Shown: piece by piece, positions 40,262 to 53,390 of the stretch | Numbering within the stretch: the first letter of the stretch is position 1 | How the letters are laid out: the number at the start of each line of letters is the position of its first letter | Source: Octopus vulgaris | Lineage: Eukaryota | Assembly (NCBI GenBank): GCA_951406725.2 | Contig: OX597816.1 | Span: 41,788,001 to 41,852,000, forward strand | Reading direction: 5' to 3' | DNA length: 64,000 nucleotides | Position numbers and translations under genes: made by a program | The notes under the pieces: generated by a model | Told to the model about the DNA's origin: nothing | Database searches by the model: none | What the model saw: the letters and a program-made list of their open reading frames with translations, nothing else

Positions 40262-40445
40262 CTTTTCTTCTTCTTCTTCTTCTTCTTCTTCTTCTTCTTC
40301 TTCTTCTTCTTCTTCTTCTTCTTCTTCTTCTTCTTCTTCTTCTTCTTCTACTACTACTTCTTCTTCCTCTTCTTCTACTTCTTCTTTATCTACTTCTTCT
40401 TCTTCTTCTTCTTCATCGTCGTCGTCGTCGTCGTCGTATTCGTCA
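40262..40445. repeat. (TTC)n/(GTC)n microsatellite
   Basis: Trinucleotide run; the source of the poly-E/S/F ORFs. Confidence 0.98.
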
Positions 40446-40852
40446 TCCTTCTGATCAACAATAGTTCTTATCTTCGTCTTCATTAAACCAATTCATCATC
40501 AACGTCTCCAGTGTATTCATCAGAGACTTCATCATAATAACTATCGTTGCAATACAGAGGTATTATATTCTACGTAAAGAGGTATTATGCTCTACTAACG
40601 GAGATATTCAAATTGAAACAGATCGATATATAGGCTATATTTTTCGATAGTTTTGTTGAAAGAGGTGAAAGTTTCAGTTATGGGTCATTTAATGAAATTT
40701 TATGAATTACACTCTACACAGAGAAACTTGCCAAAAGATTAATGATTTATGCTTGGTTGCTTGAATTACGCATTGTAATATACACTATATCTTATACATA
40801 CACAAACGCACCTACATACATATATCTTTATATATATGCATACAATTACATG

Positions 40853-40901
<49 letters not shown>

Positions 40902-41396
40902 GTCTATGTAGAAGTATATCAGACAGGGTATTAAGTCTTCGATTTTATTTTCGCATGAGATACAATTACTGCAGTTCCTTTCTCCTTTCTATATTGTTAT
41001 TACGATTATTGTTATTATTAATTTTCTTGTTTAGGTCTATTTGTGTTGCACTTAGTATTATTAATTCAAACGGCCACAACAGACGCACTAATACGCACAC
41101 ATATATACATATCCATATATAAGTATACATAGCTATATGCATGTGTGTATATGTATATAGATGCATATATGCCTTCACATATATAAAAAAACATCCATAC
41201 ACACACACAAATACACACATACACACACACACATACAAACACACACGCACACATATTACGTCTTAGGTCTGTCAAGAATATCAACCGTAGTGGAGGCCTG
41301 TTTCCGTAGTGTATAAAGAAGCAAGGCTTTATAATTCCCCTCAGAATAGGAAGCGAGTCACTTGCAATGCTATATTTCTAGTCGTTCGGGTATATA

Positions 41397-41625
41397 TTGG
41401 GTTGTCCGAAAATTTCGTGCCGATTTATAGTAGCTTGCCTTTCGACTTATTTTAGAACGTGGTTGAGCACATAAAATAGAATTTGACTACACTTCCATGT
41501 AGAGCACAGTTTAAGCTTTCTTTTCGTGGAAGAAGGTTTATGTTCCTATAACCTGTGTTAATTCTGTAACCCTTTAAAATGGAAGATAAGGATGTTCATT
41601 TTTGGCCCTTCATGCTTTGGGAACC
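41397..41625 (+). mobile_element. 5' end of a mariner element (TIR, 5' UTR, first codons)
   Basis: TA followed by the TIR-like start ttgggttgtccgaaaatttcgtgccgattt, and the ORF start MEDKDVHFWPFMLWE (mariner M..K.HFRH.ML.EF). Confidence 0.72.
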
Positions 41626-41663
41626 AGACAAAATTTGCTGCAGCTCAGCTGGGATGTGTTACC

Positions 41664-41701
<38 letters not shown>

Positions 41702-42139
41702 GTGTGTGATTTTGCGCGCGCTTGTTTTCATATGTATTTCATTGCTTCGTCAGGCTTAAGTATAGAGAGATGCTAGTTTGATAAGCGATAGTAATGCGGA
41801 ATATTTATGCCATCTAACTGCTTCAGATTTAGAAGTGCTTCTCATAAAGGGAGATGTATACCATGTTATCTTATACAATAAGATAATCATGAAGAGAAGT
41901 TTCATTGATTTGATTTGTACAGAACGTTAAAATAATAGCTAAAGCTGTGGCGACTGGCAGATACTCCACATGCGGCCGAGTCTCTTCGCAAACATAATTC
42001 ATTCTATAGTTCTTGTTATTGCGTAATTATAAGTTTATAGGTAAATATTGTACACTATGAGTTTATATATAAAGCTGTCTGCGAGTGTGTGTGTAGTTTA
42101 TGCATATATATATGCACACACAATCAAACACTCAGACAC

Positions 42140-42615
42140 AGTGATTCATAAACTTAGAACACTACATAACAAGACCCATCAAAAGGATAAGCCCAAGAAA
42201 AAAGAAATAAGAACTCATAGCATGGTGGAAGCCTTAGCCACTCATAATAAATATGTGTACTGGTGGAATGTCCCAGTGAAAACATAATACATCTGATATA
42301 ATGATTTTGGATAGAGAAGTGAAATTGTGTAGAGTTGTGGAAATCAGCTGCCCAGCGGATATCCACGTAAAGTTGCAGATCATTGACATAGAGAATATCT
42401 ACGCTCACCTATTTAGAAATCGGCATTTTCTCTAACCAGATTAAATTCTCTGTATATACCTGTAATTACTACTGGTGCACTAGAATATGTAGCACACTGC
42501 ATAGATGCAAATCTTGAGTAATTAGGTTTCTCAAATCCAGAAAGGAGAAAGTTGATTCGAAGACTACAGATACACACCATCACTAGAACTGGGAAAAATC
42601 TGTAAAACTAGATAT
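42140..42615 (+). mobile_element. 3' end of an RLE LINE (further family), decayed
   Basis: YWWNVPVKT..SDIMILDREVKLCRVVEISCPADIHV..ENIYAHLFRN..TGALEYV..LGFS..RKLIRRLQIHTIT is an RLE domain and C-terminus, followed by (CATA)n. Confidence 0.8.
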
Positions 42616-42689
42616 TCAACTGTGCGCATGAGATTACTTTCATACATACATACATACATACATACACACATAGATACATACATACACAC

Positions 42690-42745
<56 letters not shown>

Positions 42746-42919
42746 ATATATATACATATATATATATATATACATATACATATATGTATGTATATATATT
42801 TGTATGTATATAAATGTATATATATATGTATGTATATATATATAAATAAATAAATAAAACATATGCATATATACATATATGTACGTACCTACCTCTACAT
42901 GTATATATACATCCATATA

Positions 42920-43110
42920 TGGGTACAGGACACCAAAAAAAAAAAGTCGAACACAATGAGAAACGAAAACATAAACACAAAACCGAGGAAATGGACATTT
43001 TTTTAAACAACAAAAAAGATAGAGTACAGGACATACAAACAAGGAAAATTCCCTTCTTCAGTCGCCTTAATTACATCTACTCCACGTTTCGAAGGTCAGG
43101 CGAAGTTTTC
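42920..43110 (-). mobile_element. Non-coding repeat next to (TA)n, possibly a Penelope terminal-repeat piece
   Basis: Internal direct repeat gtacaggaca (x2), ttcgaaacgtgg and ctgaagaagg motifs on the minus strand, and a T-rich tail. Assignment is inferential. Confidence 0.35.
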
Positions 43111-43298
43111 TTATATTTGAGATGTTCCAAGTGGATATACATATATACATTTTTTGTATTTCATATACATAAATATGCTTTATATATTGAACTGTTTAAT
43201 TCGCTTATACCCACACTTAATTTATATCCGCTGAACATTAAAAATATTGAGCAATACTAGGTGTATTCTATACGGAGAATATTTAGTCCTCGTCTATG

Positions 43299-43351
<53 letters not shown>

Positions 43352-43355
<4 letters not shown>

Positions 43356-44140
43356 GTCATCCCATAAATAACGCGGTTTTTTCAATTGCATGAACTAAAT
43401 GTCGGCGGAGGATGGGATGAACTACGGAGGAGTTAGTGTTTTCTTTGTGCCCAATAAAGGAAACAACGCAACAGGAATTGCAAGGGATATTAATGCAGTA
43501 TATGGGAATCGGGAAACAACCGTAAACCAGTGTCAATGTTGGTTCAAGAAATTCTGAGTCGGAAACTATAGCTCAGAAGACAAACCTCGTCCTGGAAGAC
43601 TTGTATAGCTAGACGAAGACGTCCTACAAACCTTGGTAGAACAAAATCTCGTCGTAACACTGTTTAAGAACTAGTAGAGAAGCATGGAGTTGGTCATTCA
43701 ACCATTCCTTAACTGCTGCGTGCCATCCGAAAAGTCAGCAAATTGGGGCAGTGTGTTCCTCGCTGACTTTCCTAGTCTAATCTTTGCTGTAATGTCTCTC
43801 ATTATGAACCTTTTTAGACCGAATACTGACTGGTGACGAGAAATGGGTTCTCTATAAAAATGTCAAGCTCCGTAGACAGTGGTTAAGGAAAGGAGAAACA
43901 GTTGCACCTCTAGGCTAAAGAACGTCTCCCTCCGCGTAAAACGTTGTTATCTGTTTGGTGGTATATGAAAGGTTTTGTCCAATTTGAACTTTTTAAAACC
44001 CAAACCAGATGATAACAAAGGAGATCGACTGCGAGCAACTTGAGCGGCTTAAGTCAACACTAGAAGAAAAACAGCCATCTTTGGTTTCAAGGAAAATGGT
44101 CGGCGACAGGATAATTTCAGGATAATGGTTGGCCTCATGC
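43352..44140 (+). mobile_element. Mariner transposon, 5' TIR plus about two-thirds of a pseudogenised transposase
   Basis: TA|ttgggtcatcccataaataa TIR, then GNNATGIARDINAVYG, WFKKF..EDKPRPGR, GQCVPR*L (WVPHEL), LDRILTGDEKWVLYKN and QDNGWPH (HDNARPH). No YSPDLAP motif or 3' TIR is visible. Confidence 0.93.
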
Positions 44141-44159
44141 AGTGATGTTGGCGATTAGA

Positions 44160-44830
44160 TATAGCAATCAGGATGTCCTCTGGTTCAACCCGATTTCGAT
44201 TCGAATGTTTCAACCAAGATTTTTGTTGCTTTGCACAAATGTTTTCCTAAATCAAATAGGTATCATGATATTTTTTATCGGTAAAACGTGACGGTCTGTT
44301 AAGCTAGCTCTGATAATTTAGAGCAGCTTCTGCATCGTATAAACAATAGTAAAATGCAAACATCTTTCAATAATCCACCTGCTGGATCTAGCGAACATAC
44401 TCAACGAAAAACACAATTTACGTCCAAATTGTAATGGTAGAAATAATTATAATATAGCTAACATATTAAGAACGTCGCTAAATGGTGTCGGGACTGCTTT
44501 ATATAGAAATAAATACGATAAGTGCTCATGCAGAGCAAAATCAAAATGTCCATTGATGAATCTCTCATTCGTTTAAGAATTACTATTGTAAAAAAGGCGC
44601 CAACTTTAAGACAATCAATAAAAGGTATATAATATCTTTGTATAGGAACGGAAGGGGAATAAAATGTTGTACAGCATAACTTAGACGGCGCAAAAGCATA
44701 CAATATTATTTCCTGCAGATACCGTCTTTGCTCCATGGAATTCACGCGTATTCTGTGGAGTAATGAGATCAGAAAGAAACCTTCTGAAAGACTTTCGAGA
44801 GTCTACACGCATATAAATGCAGTTTCACAC
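44160..44830 (+). mobile_element. Penelope-like linker and GIY-YIG-region remnant abutting the truncated mariner
   Basis: DVLWFNP..DSNVST..HKCFPKSNRYHDIF, KCSCRAKSKCPL and AKAYNIISCRYRLCSMEF are collinear with Penelope WFNPPF..KHFP..IF, CNCR...CPL and A.AY....C.LC..E. Confidence 0.8.
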
Positions 44831-46674
44831 AATGCAGTGGGAATATATTTTGAATACCTGTTAACATAACTTACTTTAATTTATGTAGGACGTAAGTAGT
44901 TTACTTTATATATGTGTGTAACTTGTTGCTTCGAGAGGAGTTAGTTTTTTCTTTGTGCAGTATAGAACAAAACGTCGTTTTTAACTGAACTGGATTAGCT
45001 TTCGCTGATATCATCTTAGCATAGTTTTGTGTAATTGTTTCATATTTAAAATCATATGAGGTTTTTTAATGAATGATTACACATTACCCATGCAATAGCC
45101 AAACTTACTGAAGATTATATAAATGTAACATTTTGTTTCATCTGCTAAGTGGTCAATATTTATCAATCAACACGCAAAATAACATCCAGGTCTCAGACAT
45201 TCAAGCAGAGTATGAAACGATCAATTTAAATGTACTGTGCAATAAGAGACAGGCAATATATGGATGTTCAATATTACTGCAATGGCATTGTAATTATAAT
45301 CACTGAAACACTTTAATCATGGGAGAGATTGTGCTATGAATTAAGATGCATACAATGTTTTTATCGCCATTTTGAACCAAAGTACATCAAGAGAGAAACA
45401 TGCTGAGTCTGATACTAAAAGTAGTCTACATTATAGCTGAAAGTATCTTAACACAAAGTGGGAAAAATAAAATACACTCTTGGTGTCAAAAATTGCTTTG
45501 AAGCTTTATAAATTTTATAGACGCTATAATTACTAGAAAATACTGGCAACACATAAGGAAGCAATGGGATAGTTTAAAAAAAGATAGAGTTTAAATAAAT
45601 TTTCATTTAAAAATATGTAAACTCGGGAGAGATAAGGATATGGCACACGAAATTGTAAAACATCAATTTTAGGAAGATTAAAATCAGGCATTGAAGCTTA
45701 TCTTCAGGTTATATAAATATAATGGAAAATGATACATAAAAACAAATAGATTGTGTTGTATAGGGAACTGTGAAAGAAAGGGCAGGGAAGAGATAACGGG
45801 TAAACAAAAGGTAACATATATCGAAGAACAAAATAAAAAATAGAAAAAATATACGGTTTAGATAATACAAATCCCATCAGCAATTCCGAATATTTAATAC
45901 GATTGTATAATATAATAATGCATCTCAATATATCTGAAAGAACACCATTAAGTGAGGCGTACTCTTATAAATGTAAAAACGAACAATCAGCTATTCTAAT
46001 TACTTCCCAATAACATAAATATATACTGTATAGAATAATACTAGAATTGAAAAATCTACTGAAAGATAAAATTCAAATTTCGGAAACATTTGATTTCATC
46101 CGCCTAATTATTGAAATGAAAGAATGCCTGTATCACGTATTTTCTCATCACATGTTGAGACTACCATTAAGTATTCAACGACCATCAAATAACCTTACAG
46201 TGCATGGCTATATCGGTATACAAATATAGATAATGCAAATAGATACGCTTGCATATGCATGTACGTATCAGGAAAGGCGTTCGTGAAATGTATACAAATC
46301 GTATGTACTTTAAAATCAGCGTTGCTAATGTAAGCGAAATAACTTACAAAAAAACCGTGGGCATAAGTAATAAATATGTTTTGCCTCTCACTTTTGAATT
46401 TTAATGAATCATATACATATGTCTGTACGTTTGTATGTGTATGTGTGAGTGTGTATGTGTGTGTGTGCGCGTGTGTGCGTTTACATATATATGTATATAC
46501 ATACAGACTGACACACACACACACATGCGCACTAACAAACAATAAAAAAGAACGCAGCTCTGATAAGGGACAGGGTCAATGACAAGTGAAAAGTTTGCAA
46601 CACGCAACGAAAAGTTTAGAAAAAAATATATTACTATATCAGTGGAAATCAAACCGATGAGTATGCTACATAAT

Positions 46675-46965
46675 GGAATGGAAGCACTCCGTCGGTTACG
46701 ACGATGAGGGTTCCGGTTGATCCGAATCAACGGAACAGCCTGCTCGTGAAATTAACGTGTAAGTGGCTGAGCACTCCGCAGACACGTGCACTCTTAACGT
46801 AATTCTCGGGGATATTCAGCGTGACACAGAGAGTGACAAGGCCGGCCCCTTGAAATACAGGTACAACAGAAAAATAAACACTCACAACGCCCGGTCTGGG
46901 AATCGAAACCGCGATCCTATGACCGCGAGTCCGCTGCCCTAACCACTGGGCCATTGCGCCTCCAC
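46675..46965 (-). mobile_element. SINE with family B tRNA head, an alternative 3' tail and a 10-bp target-site duplication
   Basis: Head gtggaggcgcaatggcccagtggttagggcagcggactcgcggtc and tail ..gtcgtaaccgacggagtgcttccattcc. The direct repeat gctacataat flanks it at 46665-46674 and 46966-46975. Confidence 0.92.
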
Positions 46966-47769
46966 GCTACATAATAGGGCACCAAAAGAGAATGACTCTT
47001 CCCAGACACAATAACATAAGTTTCCTGAAGACTTTCATTTCATATTTCAAAACGTATTCAGACTGTGTATATTCAAAGCAGAATAGTTAATATTATTCTT
47101 AATAATCCTTTGAATAACTCTAACCTTTAACTGTATAATATATAGCAACATTGTTTAAAATATTTAACTATAGTACTACATGATAAGACTTCCCCTGTTT
47201 CATTATCAATTGTTTGCTAGTGGGTGACTCCCTTAATCATCAGCAAACATCTTGTTTTAAGTTCTCTTTTAACAAACCACATGATATTGCTTCAAATATA
47301 TCTTGATTTTTATGATTATACCAACTATGGTGTCTGTCTGCCCCTTCAACCCTACCCCTAACCGATACTGCCCTCTGTTATTTCAGCCTTAGATATACAA
47401 GGGATTTGATAAATTAGTCTATAAATTAAAAATTACCCTATAAAAAAATTTAAAAAACCAGTGACAGGCAGAGTTTGAAACAATGTATATCTTTTTGAAA
47501 ACTTTTTGTAACTTCTAAACTGGAGTTGGGTCAGCATGTTCTTTGTCTGTCTCCTTATCTTCTTGGAGATTTTAGGTATGATTATACTAGTATGTCCATC
47601 TGTTCTAATTTAATTAAATTATTTGTCTTTGTGCAGCTGAAGATTGCTTTGCATTTTAAATTGATGTAATGATTGCTTTGTTAGATTAAATGGAGTTGCA
47701 TGAAACGACCGTACTGCATTACCTCTGGTTATCCTTGTTGCTTATTTTGATATATACATGTCCCTCTAT

Positions 47770-48430
47770 AATTTTGTAGATACGACTTTATACTTAAAGA
47801 AGAAAATTTTTGGCGGTGACTTCGAAAATACTGCCAGTTAAACCATCGTCAAACTGAGATGACTTAGACGTTACCCTCTAACTAGCTTCCAATAATTATA
47901 CAACCAGAAAATGATAACGAGAAAGATTTGGGTCTCCAAAACTTGGTTACCAACCATACATGAATAAACTCTCGACAACAGCGGTTTAAAAGAAAAATGG
48001 TGCAATATAAAAAACAGCAAACCTCATGCAATTACTTCAATACCTGAGTATAGAAAAAAGAAAATCAACTGCTTTAACCAGCCCGCTTCAAAATACAATT
48101 CTCCACAACAGTGACTAAATTATATTTCCCAATACTAAAACAAGTACTACAAACAGAAACAAACACTTTAGCATACTTCACTAACAACAACTTTAAAAAC
48201 ACTGGCCAATTACAAACAAAAATATTGTCTAAAAGAGAAGCCTAAAACACACAAATAATAACAAAGATAGAAAATGTCTCCCCGAAAATAATCGTATGTA
48301 GCGCAACGTTGTCAACCATAATGACACAGAGTACTATATCTACACATACAGGATCTACAGCAAATTAGTTCAAGGCGTGACAGAACGAACACACGCATAG
48401 ATTTCGCACGCCAACCATACACCAAATATA
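47770..48430 (+). mobile_element. Penelope-like remnant (thumb to GIY-YIG)
   Basis: FVDTTLYL (FLD.TL.L), and later IIVCSATLST..TGSTAN*FKA*QNEHTHRF (IVYKATV..YIGST..FK.RY..H..SF). Confidence 0.6.
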
Positions 48431-49384
48431 CGCCAAACATATATTTGATTATCTCTTAATTTCTCTTTCTGTATGATGTGATTTTTTTATTGTAGATTCC
48501 TTGACTGAGAGTTTCCTTTCCATTTCAGATTACATTTAAGAGATGCATCAATATTGATGCTTTACGTTTTCCTTAGGTTTCAGCAAAGTAGGACATTGTT
48601 CGAAAGAAAGCAAAACCAGCTTTTGATGTGTCCATAAATTTAAGCAAAATGTTTTAAATGTAATATGGAACCTACGCAACTGCTCAAGTTATCTTGTCCA
48701 CCATTTATCACGGCGCAAATGTTAGCGAATGAAATTGTCCCTAGTCTTTGATTTGAATAATTCCTACATCGCATGGTTCGGTAAAGTGTGAGAAACATTG
48801 AAGTATAGAAGGTATTTTGTATGTTTACTTAGAGTTTATTTAAATTTGTTATATTAATTCGTTTAACAATATACAGGAAAAGAGATCATATAAATATTCC
48901 GATATTCTTTACAATTAGACGAGGCATTTCTGAAATATTGAATGATGAATTATCTAACTTTTTGCAACAAAACACCGTAATTGATGTAGGTATATAATAA
49001 CGAGTAACTATTTCAGCTGTGATTGGTTGTCCGCTGACCTTTGTTTCGGATATTTGCATTAATCCTTTCATTAAGAATTGTGTGAAAATATTTTCTGTTC
49101 AACAAATAGTTCAGCTGTGTTTTCCAAAATTCCTGTTTTCCAAAATTCCTACTCTAGAAAAATATATATAGTTGATAACCGGAAGTGGTACAGTAACTTA
49201 GTCAGCATAATATACGCCGAAATGCGAATAATTTGGTTCAAACAAAATTCATTTTTCCCCAAAGTTTTTGACTTAATATTTATATGATCATTCCAGTATA
49301 TACTGTTCATCAAAACATATATTACTGATTTAATTTTTGGAATCTCACACTTTAAATATACTATATATTATTTTCAAACTTTAA

Positions 49385-49710
49385 AAAAGGCCGGGAATAT
49401 CGGAGATAGGAATTTGAACTCTGAGTGTAAAGTCGGTTGAAGCTCTACCGGCGTGCTAACAATTGTGCAATCTCGCTGTCTTTTATTGTATATTTGATAT
49501 GAGTTTCAAATTTTCACACATGGTCAGCAATTTCAGGCAGGGGGCGGGTCATTTCAATCAACCCCAGTGTTTAACTAGTAGTTGTTTCATCGGCTCCGAT
49601 AGGATTAACGACAAAGTCGACCTCGGCGGAATCTGATGGGATAATGTAAAGACATTATTACTTAGAATTTTTTTCTGGTGCAGTAACGATTTTTCAGTTC
49701 GCCGTCTTAT
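49385..49710 (-). mobile_element. Two family D SINEs, minus strand
   Basis: ggaatttgaactc..ggcgtgctaacaatt..tctcgctgtc and accccagtg..aaagtcgacctcggcggaat..taacgattt..cagttcgccgtc. Confidence 0.75.
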
Positions 49711-51431
49711 GCCCTATATTTGATATTACAGATAGAAAGTGACTGATATTCGAAATGTATGAAAAATATAATGAAAAATATTTGGTGTGATATCAAATAT
49801 GATTGCATATTTGATATACATTAGATCTATTTCAAACCACATAATTTATTATTCATATGAAATGAAATGCGAGACAAAAAGTCTAACATCTGTTCCAGTT
49901 GTACTTAGCAGTATAATTTATTTGTGTAAAATATATAAAAACAAATTTATAAGATCTTACAAAACATAGGTGAAGGAAGTCATGCTTAAAGTAGTGGTTC
50001 TTTGAATTTAATCATATAACAACGCTCTCCCTATTGCAAACATTCATTCCGTAGCGTAAATATCATCTAGGTTTTGGTGTAAATCTGACAGCAAGGAAGT
50101 TTGATTAGAACATCAGGAAAACAGTGTATTAATCAGCGAAGTTATAACACGTGCTACGTACTACAAACTTATGACTTCATTATCGTAGACAAAAGGCTGT
50201 TGAAAGTAGATCAATTTCTCTGCCTAGTCAGCATCAGCAGGGATATCATAAAAAACTCATTGAAAAACTACATCGTACTAATTAAGGCAAAGGGAGGAAA
50301 AGGTGTCCTGGGCAAAACTATTATCTATCTTAATGCTTAAGTACGACGTATGGACGAAATATAGAAAAACATTTAAAAACTTTTTTGTCTCTATACATTG
50401 AAATATGACATAGACACCATGAATTTTACTAAGATTAATGTCAAGAAATCTGGATAATATCAAAATAGAAAACACACAAGAATAGATGGAATACTGCTTG
50501 TTCGATAGCTCCAAATGTGTGCATATGCATGTATACATACAACACACAATCATACATACAGACAATCTCTCTCACAGGCTTATAGTAGAACATATATTCT
50601 TCTACACAAGAAATTCCAAGCTGAAACACAGAGACAAATACAGTTATATTGATATAGAGGATGGAGGTGAGGGGGGGCGGCGGCGAAAGGGTGTTGCTGA
50701 ACGTTAGTTTTTATAAACGGATAAAATTACATAATCAATACAATTGTATTTGAATATTATGTTTTATACGATGATTAGAGAGTTAAATGTGTTACTTGAT
50801 ATACAGAAAGGCTAGAGAATTACTGTGGAAAAGTCTTTCATCAAAGTTTGTTAAGTGTAAGGCTGAAGTGCGGTTAAGCAATAATAGCGCAAATAAATTA
50901 TATTTGAAAAAAAAAAGAATTTATAGACATTCTACTCATGCGTGTTATTAATTAGACCAATTATTAAAAAGGTAATTAACATTTAAACATATATTGAGGT
51001 TTAATGTCGAAGTGAATGTACCATGAAGTAGCTGAAGATCGTATTTCCCACGTAAGAAATTAATGTGTGTGTATATGTGTGCGAGAGGGAGGAGATTTCT
51101 GCATTTAAGTTTGTAGGTGATCGTATATAAAGTTAGATACTACAATGGATATGTGTGTGCATTTGTATGTGTGTGTATATATATATATATATATACATTG
51201 AGTGATGTGCACGTACATAGGTAGTGAGATATTACCAGATTCCTAAAATATTAACGAAATAAATACATGAATTTTAGGAACGTGACTATAATATATGCGT
51301 AACGGTGTTTCAATCGTGTATTCAGTATTTGTGCTTATGTGTTCCTCGGCTGTTATTCACATTTGCATGCAATACAATATATTATATGGTATTTTATTAT
51401 ATCCTATAATATATATAATATATTATATATA

Positions 51432-51475
<44 letters not shown>

Positions 51476-53390
51476 ATATTATAAACACATATGTTGACAC
51501 GGTTATGCATAGGAGGCACACATGTACACAATCATACGCCCATAGCACACTCACATTCACACATACATATATGTGTATGTATATGCAGCTACATACAGAA
51601 AGAGATGGAATAATCAAGACGATACACTTTTACGTGCGGAAAACATACGGGGAGGTTGGTAGAGGGTTGTGTGTATTGAATGTAGTCTTGGGTTCATTTA
51701 AATTGTTGTATGATTGTTAAATCAAATCGATAGCATATATTGAATTGGTCAATTTATTATCGAATATTACATTATTTCATTAACAATTTGAACTATCCTT
51801 TGGGTTTACAAGTAATTAATGTTCTTGCTTGATTTCCTGTACATTAAAGTCACGAAGAATCTATATTCAATTCATTTGATTTTATTACTACAATTATTGA
51901 ATTGTATTTGAAATCACAGTGGTTGTGGTTATCATTATACACGTAGAAAGATAATCACATATTTTCAAAAGTGTCCTACTATGTTATAAATGTTTCATGA
52001 ATAGGTGTATCCAAGTTTTCCAATCGTGTTTCGTAAGGTGATAATAACGTCTACCGGTCATATTTCGTGAGATAATGAAGTAAATTTGACATACACATTG
52101 ATTTAGTTATTTGAAATCTGAAATGATAAACTTTAATCAAGCATGCATTTCTTAAATTTTGACTTAATTCCCTTATATTTTACATATTTGCAACTCGTTC
52201 TTGTATCAAAATAATACAATGCTATCTATATCGAATGTAAAGGCCATTTTCAAAAACTGATTACAAGTAAAATATCAGTAACTTTCTATTTTGTGTTTAC
52301 ACGTGAAACAATCAGCGTGGTATTTACAAAATCTGGTATTTATCATATATTTGATTGCTAGGATCAAATATATAGAGGGGAGATACAGAAAGGCAAAATT
52401 GACTTCAATGATATTATAAAAGGCATTGATATATATAAACGAAACATGGATTGAAATGTTCTAACGATTGCAAATTTTAAGACCATATCATTAAGTTAAC
52501 TCATAGACACATCTGTATAAGTGGAAATATGAAAATTGGACAATATATTGCACATATGGTTTTATTGTGTTATCGATGGTATAGTTATAGCTACACCTGT
52601 GGTTTGAGCTGAAATACAACAATGTAAATTAAGAACTCTACATTTCGATTTCATATTTTCTCAATATGATGGCTGCATTACTGTAAAACACCAAATGGAA
52701 TATGAGAATTAGAAGCCTTCTGGGAATTAAAATGTATAACGAGGCTTTTGAGGAATTTATCAAGAAACAAATAAACAATAAACAACAGCTATGTAATTTT
52801 AATGTGGTTGAATTTCTTTCACTAGGAAAACCATCTACAATATCCTATGAATTACTTTCAATGATAATTTAGAGCAATTGAATGATATGTAGCAGGTCAA
52901 GTTATCAATTCTGTTTCAACCCTCGATAAATAATGCTCAGGAAACAGAGCAACGCACTAATATTTGGAATGCCTTAATGTTATCCATTCACAAGATTTCA
53001 TGCAAACTTAATGATTCGTGGGGAAAAAATGAAAATGATTTTTGCATGTGTATTTCGGAAGTTAAAAATTTTTGCATTTTTTGGTAATTGTGCACTAGCT
53101 TTAAAATGCTCGTTTTGCTTATATATTTACAATTGAAATACCGTATTGAGCTAGTGGGTGTTGGGTAAAACTGCTGCTAAGTTAGGTGGGACGGGCAAGA
53201 CGCGAATCTTGGGCTAAGTACAGCTAGACAGTCGTCACCACTTGAAAGTAGGTGAACCGCATATTATTTTCCCTCGTACAGCAGTTCTTTTTCCTGTCTT
53301 TCCAGTTTCACTCATCTAGTAAAATTTCTTATTCTCTTTTACTTCTTTACATTTTCTTAAAAAGCTTTTCTATTATTGTAGGCCTTGACA

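Noticed and set aside
41725-41760. Minus-strand CTGACGA-agcaat-GAAA
   Set aside because: No valid NUH triplet with stem III and no stem I complement.
45180-45400. IVIIITET and DAYNVF, reminiscent of an APE endonuclease start
   Set aside because: Two very short degenerate motifs are insufficient support.
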